From the NCBI GenBank assembly GCA_018267615.1, contig JAFDYD010000019.1, positions 29,327 to 93,326 on the forward strand: a stretch of DNA of 64,000 nucleotides, given 5' to 3'. A model generated the notes under the pieces. The model saw only the letters and a list, made by a program, of their open reading frames with translations, was not told the origin of the DNA and searched no databases. This document shows, piece after piece, positions 1 to 9,057 of this stretch. Origin of the DNA: Bacteroidota bacterium (lineage in GTDB: Bacteria > Bacteroidota > Bacteroidia > Chitinophagales > Chitinophagaceae). A program made the position numbers and the translations under genes. The first letter of the stretch is position 1; each line of letters opens with the position of its first letter.

Positions 1-21
1 ACTTCCACATTTTCATATTAA

Positions 22-576
22 TTATTTGCCGGCTGCCTTACCTGCCTTCTTACGAACCACCTCACCCACATAGCGAACACCTTTTCCTTTGTATGGTTCG
101 GGTTTGCGAAGGCCACGAATTTTTGCTGCTACCTGTCCGATCAATTGCTTGTCGGTTCCTTCCAATGTAATTTTTGGATTCTCTCCTTTTTCCTGTCCCG
201 TTGTTACCTTTAATTCCTTAGGTATTTCAAAAATGATATTATGTGAATATCCCAATGCGAGATCCAATAAATTTCCTTGGCTAGAAGCTTTGAAACCTAC
301 TCCGATCAATTCCAATTGTCTCTTATATCCTTCGGCAACACCTTTCACCATATTGGCAAGCAATGCGCGGTATAAACCATGTAGCGCGCGATGACGGATC
401 TGATCAGTTGGACGCGTAAATACAATTGTGTTGTCCTTAACTTCTACCTTGATGTCTCTGTCGATCGTCTGTTTCAATTCGCCTTTTGGCCCTTTTACCG
501 TAATTACATTATCATTACTAACGGTAACCGTTATCCCACTAGCAACCGAAATCGGTTTGTTTCCTATACGTGACAT
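22..576 (-). CDS. rplF: 50S ribosomal protein L6
   Basis: MSRIGNKPI start, C-terminal RKPEPYKGKGVRY motif, position in spc block. Confidence 0.98.
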   Translation of the reverse strand: MSRIGNKPISVASGITVTVSNDNVITVKGPKGELKQTIDRDIKVEVKDNTIVFTRPTDQIRHRALHGLYRALLANMVKGVAEGYKRQLELIGVGFKASSQGNLLDLALGYSHNIIFEIPKELKVTTGQEKGENPKITLEGTDKQLIGQVAAKIRGLRKPEPYKGKGVRYVGEVVRKKAGKAAGK

Positions 577-672
577 AAAATTATTTTGTAGTGTTATTTA
601 TTATTTGTGATTTGCTGACCGGTCAGCCTCTATAGGAAGGGCTTAATGTATCAGGCAATTTTTTAATTCAAA

Positions 673-1071
673 TTAATAGATATGGCATAGCACTTCGCCG
701 CCAACATTCTGCACTTTCGCTTCTTTGTCGGTCATCACGCCTTTTGAGGTGGAGATGATTGCTATTCCAAGTCCGTTCTTCACACGTTTGAATTCAACCG
801 GGCTCGCATACTGACGCAAACCTGGGCGACTCACTCTTTCCATGTTTTTGATAGCGGGCTCTTTTGTATTCGGATCGTATTTCAAAGCGATTTTAATAAC
901 ACCTTGTTTACTATCGTCCTCAAACTTGTATTTCAAGATATACCCTTTGTCATACAATATCTCAGTCATGCGTTTCTTGAGGTTCGAAGCAGGTATTTCA
1001 ACAATACGATGATTCGCCATTTGCGCATTCCTGATTCTTGTCAGGAAATCTGCTATCGGATCTGTAACCAT
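673..1071 (-). CDS. rpsH: 30S ribosomal protein S8
   Basis: [14 protein letters not shown] and [14 protein letters not shown] motifs. Confidence 0.98.
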   Translation of the reverse strand: MVTDPIADFLTRIRNAQMANHRIVEIPASNLKKRMTEILYDKGYILKYKFEDDSKQGVIKIALKYDPNTKEPAIKNMERVSRPGLRQYASPVEFKRVKNGLGIAIISTSKGVMTDKEAKVQNVGGEVLCHIY

Positions 1072-1134
1072 ATTTATAAAAAATTAACTCTGTTCAATAA
1101 TTTAATTAGGAATAGGCCAATGTTCATTGTTGCA

Positions 1135-1404
1135 TTACCAGCTTGCTTTACGCACTCCTGGAATTTTTCCCTGCAATGCCATATCCCGGAAAATGTTTCT
1201 TGAAACGCCGAAGTAGCGGATATAGCCTCTTGGACGTCCCGTAAGCTGGCAGCGATTTTTTAAACGCACCGGAGATGCATTTTTTGGTAGAAGGTCCAAC
1301 GCTTTGTAATCACCTGCTGCTTTTAAAGCTGCACGCTTTGAGGCGAACTTCGCTACCATTGCTTCTCTTTTTCTTTGCCTGGCTTTGACTGATTCTTTTG
1401 CCAT
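1135..1404 (-). CDS. rpsN: 30S ribosomal protein S14 (89-aa form lacking the four-Cys zinc site)
   Basis: [11 protein letters not shown]...[11 protein letters not shown]. Confidence 0.98.
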   Translation of the reverse strand: MAKESVKARQRKREAMVAKFASKRAALKAAGDYKALDLLPKNASPVRLKNRCQLTGRPRGYIRYFGVSRNIFRDMALQGKIPGVRKASW

Positions 1405-1417
1405 TTAAATTTATTTT

Positions 1418-1987
1418 TTAGTCTTTTTTCGCGTTTCTGAATGGCATACCAAGTTCTTTTAATAACTCGTACGCTTCTTCGTTGGTATTAGCAGTGGTCA
1501 CAAAAGTGATATCCATGCCTGTTATCTTATTTACCTTGTCGATATCAACTTCAGGGAAAATAATTTGTTCAGTAACACCCAATGTATAGTTCCCACGTCC
1601 GTCAAATGATTTATCATTTACTCCTCTGAAATCACGCACGCGTGGCAACGCCGCTGATATCAAACGGTCCAAGAATTCATACATTTTTTCACCACGCAAT
1701 GTTACTCTTGCGCCAATCGGAATGCCTTTACGCAATTTGAAATTCGATATATCTTTTTTAGACATCGTAGACACCGCTCTTTGTCCGGCGATGGTTGTCA
1801 GTTCTTCGATAGATACATCCACCAATTTTTTATCTGCAACGGCTCCATTGATACCGTGATTCAGGCAAATTTTTTCCAGCCTCGGAGCTTGCATGATGCT
1901 CGTGTAGCTGAACTTCTTCATTAAAGCAGGTACAACTTCTTTCTTGTACTTATCTGCGAGACGCGGAGTATATTTAACTGTACTCAT
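1418..1987 (-). CDS. rplE: 50S ribosomal protein L5
   Basis: [37 protein letters not shown]. Confidence 0.98.
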   Translation of the reverse strand: MSTVKYTPRLADKYKKEVVPALMKKFSYTSIMQAPRLEKICLNHGINGAVADKKLVDVSIEELTTIAGQRAVSTMSKKDISNFKLRKGIPIGARVTLRGEKMYEFLDRLISAALPRVRDFRGVNDKSFDGRGNYTLGVTEQIIFPEVDIDKVNKITGMDITFVTTANTNEEAYELLKELGMPFRNAKKD

Positions 1988-2325
1988 TATTTAATAACCT
2001 CCCCTGATTTTTTTGATATACGAACTAGTTTACCATTTTCACGCGTGCGTTTTACTTTAGCTGGTCCGCCTTCTTTTGCATCCCACAAAAGCACGTTTGA
2101 AATATGAACCGATGCTTCAATTTTCACGATACCACCTTTGGTGTTTTTCGCTGAAGGCTTTGTGTGTTTTGTAACAATGTTCACTCCTTCCACCAACACC
2201 CTCGCTTTGTCGGGATACACCTCCAATACCTTGCGTGGTTTCTTCAGATCCTTATCGTCACCTGCAATCACGACAACACTGTCTCCTTTTTTAATATTAA
2301 ACTTCGGTTTAAATCTGTTGCTCAT
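1987..2325 (-). CDS. rplX: 50S ribosomal protein L24
   Basis: [18 protein letters not shown] motif, [19 protein letters not shown]. Confidence 0.97.
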   Translation of the reverse strand: MSNRFKPKFNIKKGDSVVVIAGDDKDLKKPRKVLEVYPDKARVLVEGVNIVTKHTKPSAKNTKGGIVKIEASVHISNVLLWDAKEGGPAKVKRTRENGKLVRISKKSGEVIK

Positions 2326-2346
2326 TTTTTTTGCTTTATGCTTTAT

Positions 2347-2433
2347 GCTGAACGCGAAACGCCAAATGCATAACGCTGTTCTAATTTTTTCTTTGTGGCT
2401 TCTGCGTTCCGCGTTTTGCGTTTTGCGTTCAGC
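2347..2433. repeat. Intergenic imperfect inverted repeat of 7-bp units (aaacgca-type) in rplN-rplX spacer
   Basis: gctgaacgcgaaacgccaaatgcataacgc (2347-2376) vs gcgttccgcgttttgcgttttgcgttcagc (2404-2433); 30-bp arms, 5 mismatches. Confidence 0.85.
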
Positions 2434-2454
2434 GTTTAGCCCTATTCGTTAGTC

Positions 2455-2823
2455 CTATAGTACTTCAGGCGCCAACGAAATAATCTTCATATATCCCTTG
2501 TCACGCAATTCTCTCGCAACTGGCCCGAAAATACGGGTACCACGTGGCTCATCAGAAGGATTTAATAATACCACCGCATTGTCATCGAAGCGGATATAAG
2601 AACCGTCTTTACGGCGCAATTTATTTTTTGTACGTACGATCACCGCTTTGGTAACCGTTCCTTTTTTAATACCGCCGGAGGGCAATGCATCTTTTACTGT
2701 CACAACAATTTTATCGCCGATCTTCGCATAATCCTGTCCGCTATTTCCCAACACACGAATACATAACACTTCTTTGGCGCCACTGTTGTCAGCTACATTT
2801 AATCTGCTTTCCTGCTGAATCAT
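2455..2823 (-). CDS. rplN: 50S ribosomal protein L14
   Basis: [37 protein letters not shown]. Confidence 0.98.
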   Translation of the reverse strand: MIQQESRLNVADNSGAKEVLCIRVLGNSGQDYAKIGDKIVVTVKDALPSGGIKKGTVTKAVIVRTKNKLRRKDGSYIRFDDNAVVLLNPSDEPRGTRIFGPVARELRDKGYMKIISLAPEVL

Positions 2824-2906
2824 TTTATTTAGGTTTTAGTCTCGCCTTAGGCGAGAATTTATTCTTTCAGTTTACCGTATCAGTTCCGTCAACGGCTTAC
2901 TGATTT

Positions 2907-3167
2907 TTATTTTGCCTTTTCTACAATTTCCACCAGGCGCCAGCGCTTGGTTTTACTAAGGGGACGGCTTTCCATGATCTTTACCACGTCGCCAATACTG
3001 CACTCGTTTTTTTCGTCGTGCGCATGAAACTTGGTAGTTTTTTTCAAGAACTTACCATAGATAGGGTGCTTAACTTTTCTTTCAACAGCAACGGTAATCG
3101 TCTTACTCATTTTATTGCTGCTTACAATCCCTATCCTGATTTTCCGTAAATTTCTATCTTCAGCCAT
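2907..3167 (-). CDS. rpsQ: 30S ribosomal protein S17
   Basis: [31 protein letters not shown]. Confidence 0.98.
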   Translation of the reverse strand: MAEDRNLRKIRIGIVSSNKMSKTITVAVERKVKHPIYGKFLKKTTKFHAHDEKNECSIGDVVKIMESRPLSKTKRWRLVEIVEKAK

Positions 3168-3173
3168 GTTTTT

Positions 3174-3238
3174 AATTTGAGAATGTGAAAAAGTGAAAAT
3201 GTGATTTGGTTATCCTTACATCCACACGATTGCACATT
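3174..3238. repeat. Degenerate aatgtgaa-unit intergenic repeat (rpmC-rpsQ spacer)
   Basis: gaatgtgaaaaagtgaaaatgtga with a short complementary gcacatt; same unit as 5589-5704 and 40998-41093. Confidence 0.6.
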
Positions 3239-3241
3239 TAT

Positions 3242-3451
3242 TTATGCGTTTATTTTTCTTTTCGTCAACTCTGTTTTTAAACGAGCCACATCCTGTCTTA
3301 AAGAACGAATGCTCATCGGATTTTCCAGCGGAGAAATAGCATGCGCAAATTCAAGCTTCTTCAAGCGCAATTCATCTTCTGAAATACGCGCCTTCAGATC
3401 TACATCTGTCATTTCCTTCAGACTTTTTACGAAATCAATTCTCTTTGACAT
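3242..3451 (-). CDS. rpmC: 50S ribosomal protein L29
   Basis: LENPMSIRSLRQDVARLKT; start moved to MSKRIDF (3451) because the longer ORF start gives an atypical N-terminus. Confidence 0.95.
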   Translation of the reverse strand: MSKRIDFVKSLKEMTDVDLKARISEDELRLKKLEFAHAISPLENPMSIRSLRQDVARLKTELTKRKINA

Positions 3452-3502
3452 TTTATTATTTTTTTCTTTCTGCGATAATCGCAGAGAATGAATCATATTG
3501 TT

Positions 3503-3985
3503 TTATTCCGCCGCTTCCTGTGCTTCTGCCGAGTCCGCTGCTACCTGTGCTTTTACTGCCACCGCCGCTGCTGAACTATCGTGCCTCACAATGAATTTTG
3601 TTTTGATCGGAAGTTTTTGTGCTGCAAGCAACAATGCTTCCTTAGCAACTTGTTCTGAAACGCCATCTGCTTCGAACAGGATACGACCTGGTTCAACTAC
3701 AGCCGCCCAGTACTCCGGGTTACCTTTACCTTTACCCATTCTCACTTCAAGTGGTTTCTTGGTAATCGGCTTGTCGGGGAACACGCGTATCCACACATTT
3801 CCTTCACGTTTCATGTGACGAGTCAACGCCTGACGTGCAGCTTCGAGCTGGCGATTCGTTAACCAGATTGCTTCCAAAGCCTTTAATCCAAAAGAACCAA
3901 AAGCTACCGTGCTTCCTCTCTTCGCTACTTCACGAATACGACCTTTTTGCGCCTTTCTATGTTTCGATCTCTTAGGTTGTAACAT
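3503..3985 (-). CDS. rplP: 50S ribosomal protein L16 with Ala/acidic C-terminal extension
   Basis: [30 protein letters not shown]. Confidence 0.98.
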   Translation of the reverse strand: MLQPKRSKHRKAQKGRIREVAKRGSTVAFGSFGLKALEAIWLTNRQLEAARQALTRHMKREGNVWIRVFPDKPITKKPLEVRMGKGKGNPEYWAAVVEPGRILFEADGVSEQVAKEALLLAAQKLPIKTKFIVRHDSSAAAVAVKAQVAADSAEAQEAAE

Positions 3986-4044
3986 CGTATTATTTTTGAA
4001 AAATGATTATCGCATCCGTCCTTTCAAAGGCGGAAAATTTTGTT

Positions 4045-4872
4045 TTAGTTTCTTCTATCACCACCTCTTCTGTCACCGCCGCCTCTCTGGCCGCCACCGC
4101 CTCTTCTATCGCCGCCTCCGCCGCCACCTCTTCTGTCTCCTCCTCTTCTATCATCATTGCGATCACGTTCGCCACCATGTCTTTCCCTCCTGTCACTCAC
4201 ATCACTCTTACCACCTACGAAATTTGGATTCAAATCTCTTTTTGTCAAAACTTCGCCTTTACATATCCAAACTTTCACACCAATTTTTCCATATACCGTC
4301 AATGCATATACGCCGGCATAATCGATATCCATACGCAACGTATGCAATGGTGTACGACCCTGTTTAATTTCTTCCGTACGCGCAATTTCAGCACCACCCA
4401 AACGTCCACTCACCTTCACTTTAATTCCTTCTGCACCCATGCGCAACGCAGATGCGATTGCCATTTTGATTGCACGTTTGTAGTTGATACGGTTCTCGAT
4501 CTGGCGAGCAATCGTATCGCCCACGATATTTGCGTCCAGTTCCGGGCGACGGATCTCAAGAATATTGATCTGCACGTCATCTTTCCCTGTCAATTTTTTC
4601 AATTCTTCTTTGATACGATCAACTTCACCACCACCTTTACCGATAATGATACCAGGCTTAGATGTATGGATCGTAACAATCAATTTATTTAATGTACGCT
4701 CGATAACAATCTTTGCAATGCCACCCTTATTGATACGCGCATTCAGGTATGTCCTGATCTTATTATCCTCGATCAACTTGGTAGCATAATCTTTTTTGCT
4801 TCCGTACCAGTTAGATTCCCACCCGCGAATAATCCCTAATCTCGCTCCAATAGGATTTGTTTTTTGACCCAT
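4045..4872 (-). CDS. rpsC: 30S ribosomal protein S3 with Arg/Gly/Asp-rich tail
   Basis: [16 protein letters not shown] domain [18 protein letters not shown]. Confidence 0.98.
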   Translation of the reverse strand: MGQKTNPIGARLGIIRGWESNWYGSKKDYATKLIEDNKIRTYLNARINKGGIAKIVIERTLNKLIVTIHTSKPGIIIGKGGGEVDRIKEELKKLTGKDDVQINILEIRRPELDANIVGDTIARQIENRINYKRAIKMAIASALRMGAEGIKVKVSGRLGGAEIARTEEIKQGRTPLHTLRMDIDYAGVYALTVYGKIGVKVWICKGEVLTKRDLNPNFVGGKSDVSDRRERHGGERDRNDDRRGGDRRGGGGGGDRRGGGGQRGGGDRRGGDRRN

Positions 4873-4897
4873 ATTATGGTTTAAAAAGTTTTATCAA

Positions 4898-5242
4898 TTA
4901 ATTTTTAGCGTCAACGATTAGTGTCACATGATTGCTGCGCTTACGTACTCTGTAACCGCGGCCCTGTGGAGCAGGACGCATACGTTTCAATACACGCGCA
5001 CCATCAACGAAAATTGTTTTCACTACCAGGCTCGCATCTGCTGCACTTTTCCCTTCATTCTTTTGCTCCCAGTTTTTTACGGCAGACCATAACAGTTTAT
5101 GCAATGGTGTAGATGAATGTTGCGGGTGATGCTCCAACAATGCCAATGCTTTTTCTACATGCAACCCGCGAATTTCATCAGCCAGTAAACGCATTTTACG
5201 TGGCGAAGTCGGATAATTTCTCAGTTTAGCTACTGCTTCCAT
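4898..5242 (-). CDS. rplV: 50S ribosomal protein L22
   Basis: [31 protein letters not shown]. Confidence 0.98.
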   Translation of the reverse strand: MEAVAKLRNYPTSPRKMRLLADEIRGLHVEKALALLEHHPQHSSTPLHKLLWSAVKNWEQKNEGKSAADASLVVKTIFVDGARVLKRMRPAPQGRGYRVRKRSNHVTLIVDAKN

Positions 5243-5297
5243 TTTTAATTTCCAATTTATAGTTTACAGTTCTGTTCCTATTATCAAACAAAAACCG

Positions 5298-5579
5298 TTA
5301 AGCTCCTTCAGCAATTTTTTTACTTGAGTGTCCTTTGAAGTTGCGTGTCGGCGCAAATTCACCTAATTTATGTCCAACCATAAATTCTGTTACATATACA
5401 GGGATAAACTTGTTACCGTTATGTACGGCGAAAGTATGTCCCACGAAATCCGGTGTAATGGTTGAACGACGGCTCCAGGTTTTAATAACTCCTTTCTTGC
5501 CTTTGCCTTCGTTAATAGTCAATACTTTTTTCTCGACTTTCGCGTCTACGTAAGGACCTTTTTTAATTGAACGACCCAT
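5298..5579 (-). CDS. rpsS: 30S ribosomal protein S19
   Basis: [31 protein letters not shown]. Confidence 0.98.
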   Translation of the reverse strand: MGRSIKKGPYVDAKVEKKVLTINEGKGKKGVIKTWSRRSTITPDFVGHTFAVHNGNKFIPVYVTEFMVGHKLGEFAPTRNFKGHSSKKIAEGA

Positions 5580-5588
5580 GTTAATTTG

Positions 5589-5704
5589 AAAATGTGATAA
5601 TTTGAAAATGTGAAAATGGTTCTCAAATTATCTGTTCAAAATTTTTTTTGTTCGCAAATATGAAAAGCATTTTCACATTTTCACATTTGCATTTTTCTCA
5701 CATT
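5589..5704. repeat. Intergenic inverted repeat of 8-bp units (aaatgtga) in rplB-rpsS spacer
   Basis: aaaatgtgaaaatg (5605-5618) is the exact reverse complement of cattttcacatttt (5668-5681); further degenerate units flank both arms. Confidence 0.85.
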
Positions 5705-5705
5705 G

Positions 5706-6545
5706 TTACTGCGATATTTTCTTTCCGCTTTTTCTCTGGATAATCATCTTATCACTTCCTTTCCCTTTCGTTCTTGTCTTCAACCCTCTTGAATATTGTC
5801 CATTTCTAGAACGAGGCTGACCACCTGAAGCTTTTCCTTCGCCACCACCCATCGGATGATCAACTGGATTCATCGCTACGCCACGGTTTCTTGGACGAAT
5901 ACCTCTCCAACGATTGCGGCCTGCTTTACCCATGCTCTGCAAACTGTGATCACTATTTGAAACAACACCCACAGTTGCATAACAATTGATCAACACTTTT
6001 CTCAATTCGCCTGAAGGCATTTTCAATACTGCATATTTTTCTTCTTTGTTCGTCAACTGCGCAGAAGCACCCGCGCTGCGAACCAATTTGCCACCCTGTC
6101 CAGGTTGCATTTCGATATTATGAATATTTGTACCGAGTGGGATATGTTTCATCTGCAAAGCATTTCCTACTTCAGGAGCAACATCATCACCAGCCAACAC
6201 TGTTGCACCAACTTGCAAACCTTGCGGTGCTATGATATATCTTTTGTCGCCATCATTGTAATTCAACAACGCAATGAAAGCGGTTCGATTAGGATCATAT
6301 TCAATCGACGCAACTGTAGCCGGAATATTTTTCTTGCTTCTTTTGAAATCGATGACACGATACATTTTTTTATGCCCGCCACCGATATAGCGCATCGCTC
6401 TTCTACCCTGGGCATTTCTACCGCCGGTTGATTGCACTTTTTCAAGAAGTGATTTTTCCGGTTGATCCGTTGTTACTTCGGCATAAGCATTACCAATTCT
6501 CCATCTTGTTCCTGCTGTTACCGGTTTATATTTTTTTAGTGCCAT
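5706..6545 (-). CDS. rplB: 50S ribosomal protein L2
   Basis: [29 protein letters not shown]. Confidence 0.98.
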   Translation of the reverse strand: MALKKYKPVTAGTRWRIGNAYAEVTTDQPEKSLLEKVQSTGGRNAQGRRAMRYIGGGHKKMYRVIDFKRSKKNIPATVASIEYDPNRTAFIALLNYNDGDKRYIIAPQGLQVGATVLAGDDVAPEVGNALQMKHIPLGTNIHNIEMQPGQGGKLVRSAGASAQLTNKEEKYAVLKMPSGELRKVLINCYATVGVVSNSDHSLQSMGKAGRNRWRGIRPRNRGVAMNPVDHPMGGGEGKASGGQPRSRNGQYSRGLKTRTKGKGSDKMIIQRKSGKKISQ

Positions 6546-6620
6546 ATACCATTTAAAAAGGTTAACTAATATGCTTTCAACTTTTGCGGTAGTTGACTAC
6601 CATTCGTTTTATTAGTGGAC

Positions 6621-6920
6621 TTAAATGTTCGCGTATAAGTCGATCGATTCTCCTTCTGCTACTGTTACCAATGCTTTTTTATAAGCTGGTTTGCGTCCCT
6701 GTACCATTCCGGCTTTTGTGGAACGAACTTTTGTTTTTGCAGGAACTACTGTCGTATTTACATCGATAACACTAACACCATAAAAACCTTCTACAGCTTT
6801 TTTAATTTCCAGCTTGTTTGCTTTTCTGCTTACTTTAAAAGCATAGCGTCTCAATTTTTCCTGCTGCGCATTTGCTTTTTCAGTCAATATCGGTTTAATC
6901 AAAACATCAGAAAATCTCAT
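6621..6920 (-). CDS. rplW: 50S ribosomal protein L23
   Basis: IKPILTEKA, NKLEIKKAVE, YKKALVT. Confidence 0.97.
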   Translation of the reverse strand: MRFSDVLIKPILTEKANAQQEKLRRYAFKVSRKANKLEIKKAVEGFYGVSVIDVNTTVVPAKTKVRSTKAGMVQGRKPAYKKALVTVAEGESIDLYANI

Positions 6921-6967
6921 CGTATCAAATTTTTATGCCCGCTATAAACGAGACTGTGAAATATTAT

Positions 6968-7606
6968 TTATGCTTCTGCTGTTACTTCTTCTTCAGAAAA
7001 TAATTTTGCTGCTGTTTCGGAAAGAACCAACACATCTGCATTCACGATATCATAAGTGTTGATATCTGCCAGTAATGAACCTTCAACATGAGGTATATTA
7101 CGAAGACTCAGATGCAGGTTATCATCATACTCCGGAACTACAAACAGTGATTTTTTATTTTCGATCTTCAATCCTTTCAGAATATCTGCGAATTCTTTTG
7201 TTTTAGGCGCATCCAGTTTAATATCTTCAATAACCACGATCGCATTATTCTTCGCTTTGTGTGCAAGAGCAGACATTTTTGCAAGGTCTTTCACTTTGCG
7301 GTTCAATTTGAAATCATAATCGCGCGGCTTTGGTCCGAAGATCGTACCACCACCTTTGTAAAGCGGGTTGCGGATATTTCCTTTACGTGAACCACCGGTT
7401 CCTTTTTGTTTGTGCAATTTTTTGGAAGAACCTTTTACTTCCAAACGGGTTTTCACTTTATGTGTTCCTTGGCGTTGCGCAGCGAGATATTGCTTCACAG
7501 CAAGATAAATTACATGATCATTCGGCTCGATACCAAAAATATCATCAGGCAATTCAACAGTCTTGCTGGTTTTTTTTCCTTTTATGCTGACTACATTTAT
7601 TTGCAT
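6968..7606 (-). CDS. rplD: 50S ribosomal protein L4
   Basis: QRQGTHKVK, KQKGTGGSRKG, KGGGTIFGPKPR; start moved to MQINVV (7606). Confidence 0.96.
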   Translation of the reverse strand: MQINVVSIKGKKTSKTVELPDDIFGIEPNDHVIYLAVKQYLAAQRQGTHKVKTRLEVKGSSKKLHKQKGTGGSRKGNIRNPLYKGGGTIFGPKPRDYDFKLNRKVKDLAKMSALAHKAKNNAIVVIEDIKLDAPKTKEFADILKGLKIENKKSLFVVPEYDDNLHLSLRNIPHVEGSLLADINTYDIVNADVLVLSETAAKLFSEEEVTAEA

Positions 7607-7622
7607 TGTACTCTTATTATTA

Positions 7623-8240
7623 TTACTTCTGAACAAAAACAATTGATCCGTTATGACCCGGAACAGATCCGCTTACCAATATGTAATTCTTATCAGGGAA
7701 AATTTTTACGACTTTCAAACTTTTTAATTTCACACGATCCCCGCCCATGCGGCCGGCCATGCGTACACCCTTCATTACTCTTGATGCGTCAGAAGAGTTA
7801 CCGAGTGAGCCCGGAGCTCTGCTACGATCATGCTGACCGTGACTTGCCCCACCCACACCACTGAATCCATGACGTTTTACAACACCCTGGAATCCCTTTC
7901 CCTTAGATGTGCCAACAACATCAACATTTTCACCTTCTGCGAAGATGTCGACTGTAATTGTTTCACCTAAATTTTTTTCTATGGAGAAGTTGCGGAATTC
8001 TTTTACAAATTTTTTGGGAGAAGTATTTGACTTGGCGAAGTGATTTTTTTCTGCAGCGATTGAGTGTTTTTCATTCTTGTCGCCAAACGCGAGTTGGAGA
8101 GAGCTATATCCATCAGTTTCCTGTGTCTTAACCTGGGTTACTACACAGGGGCCTGCCTCGATGATGGTGCAGGCAACCTGTTTACCATCGGGGGAGAATA
8201 CGCTGGTCATTCCAATTTTCTTTCCAATAATTCCTTTCAT
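7623..8240 (-). CDS. rplC: 50S ribosomal protein L3
   Basis: [12 protein letters not shown] start (8240), [23 protein letters not shown]. Confidence 0.97.
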   Translation of the reverse strand: MKGIIGKKIGMTSVFSPDGKQVACTIIEAGPCVVTQVKTQETDGYSSLQLAFGDKNEKHSIAAEKNHFAKSNTSPKKFVKEFRNFSIEKNLGETITVDIFAEGENVDVVGTSKGKGFQGVVKRHGFSGVGGASHGQHDRSRAPGSLGNSSDASRVMKGVRMAGRMGGDRVKLKSLKVVKIFPDKNYILVSGSVPGHNGSIVFVQK

Positions 8241-8423
8241 TTTTTTTACTTTTTTGCCTGGAGTATAAGGACATTCGATAATCTGTTTTGCTTGGTGCAA
8301 AACTGACCATGATTTCAATCCCCCCGTTTGCAACCGACCTTTTCTGTTTATGCCAGCTTAAAAATTTCAGCAGACAATAGAAGTACCGGTAGTAAACAAA
8401 CCCCGAACGGCTTGTTCATATGT

Positions 8424-8662
8424 AATCGCGGATTTTAGGATTAAGAGAGATTTCGCGGATAGCGGTTTCTCTTATTCTCAAACCCACATTTATTTTCGAT
8501 TAAAGATTCGAAGGACTTCACCAACCGTGTTATCGCTTCGTTTCTTTATCCCAGCGCTCTTTTTTCTTCCGCCTCGGGCGAAAAATTGAGAGATGAGTAA
8601 CACCAAATCACTTTATTCTAAGAACTAAATCTGTGAAATCCACATAATCATATAATCCGCGA
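8424..8662. repeat. Long imperfect inverted repeat bracketing ~165 bp in rpsJ-rplC spacer
   Basis: atcgcggattttaggattaagagagatttcgcggat (8424-8460) aligns with the reverse complement of atctgtgaaatccacataatcatataatccgcgat (8629-8662). Confidence 0.75.
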
Positions 8663-8968
8663 TCATGCTTTGATTTCAACATCCACACCGGATGGCAAAT
8701 CGAGCTTCGACAATGCATCTACAGTTCTAGAGGTAGACGTGTAGATATCCAACAAACGCTTATGCGTATGCAATTGGAACTGCTCGCGCGCTTTTTTGTT
8801 TACGTGTGGTGAACGCAAAACAGTAAAAATTTTCTTCTTAGTGGGTAACGGAATAGGACCTGTTACCACTGCACCTGTACTGCGTACTGTTTTTACGATC
8901 TTTTCGGCAGATTTATCTACCAGGTTGTGATCGTATGATTGTAATTTGATCCTGATTCGTTGAGACAT
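8663..8968 (-). CDS. rpsJ: 30S ribosomal protein S10
   Basis: [31 protein letters not shown]. Confidence 0.98.
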   Translation of the reverse strand: MSQRIRIKLQSYDHNLVDKSAEKIVKTVRSTGAVVTGPIPLPTKKKIFTVLRSPHVNKKAREQFQLHTHKRLLDIYTSTSRTVDALSKLDLPSGVDVEIKA

Positions 8969-8998
8969 AAGTCAAACCCCATTTTTCGAACGGGGATG

Positions 8999-9030
8999 CA
9001 AAGGTATGGACAAACTTTTAAACGATCAAA
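8999..9030 (-). promoter_or_regulatory. Bacteroidetes primary-sigma promoter for rpsJ/S10 operon
   Basis: Minus strand TTTG (9030-9027), 20-nt spacer, TACCTTTG (9006-8999); matches the TTTG/TAnnTTTG consensus; a CCCCGTT-CGAAA-AATGGGG hairpin follows (8977-8995). Confidence 0.85.
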
Positions 9031-9057
9031 GATTTGCAGATTTTTTTTGAACCGAAA

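Noticed and set aside
614-627. Perfect 14-bp palindrome gctgaccggtcagc in the rpsH-rplF spacer
   Set aside because: Single loop-less short palindrome with no supporting context
3990-4196. +1-frame ORF over the S3 tail giving a Glu/Ala-rich peptide whose stop lies 4 nt before rplP
   Set aside because: An expected by-product of the purine-rich DRRGG repeat read in another frame; no slippery site or independent start signal seen
3909-4692. Plus-strand ORFs (152 and 229 aa) antisense to rpsC
   Set aside because: Shadow ORFs of a conserved gene with low-complexity sequence
7623-8333. N-terminally extended versions of L3, L4, L29, GlnA, ClpC, DapA and others from the ORF track
   Set aside because: Conserved N-termini begin at internal Met codons; extensions are longest-ORF artefacts
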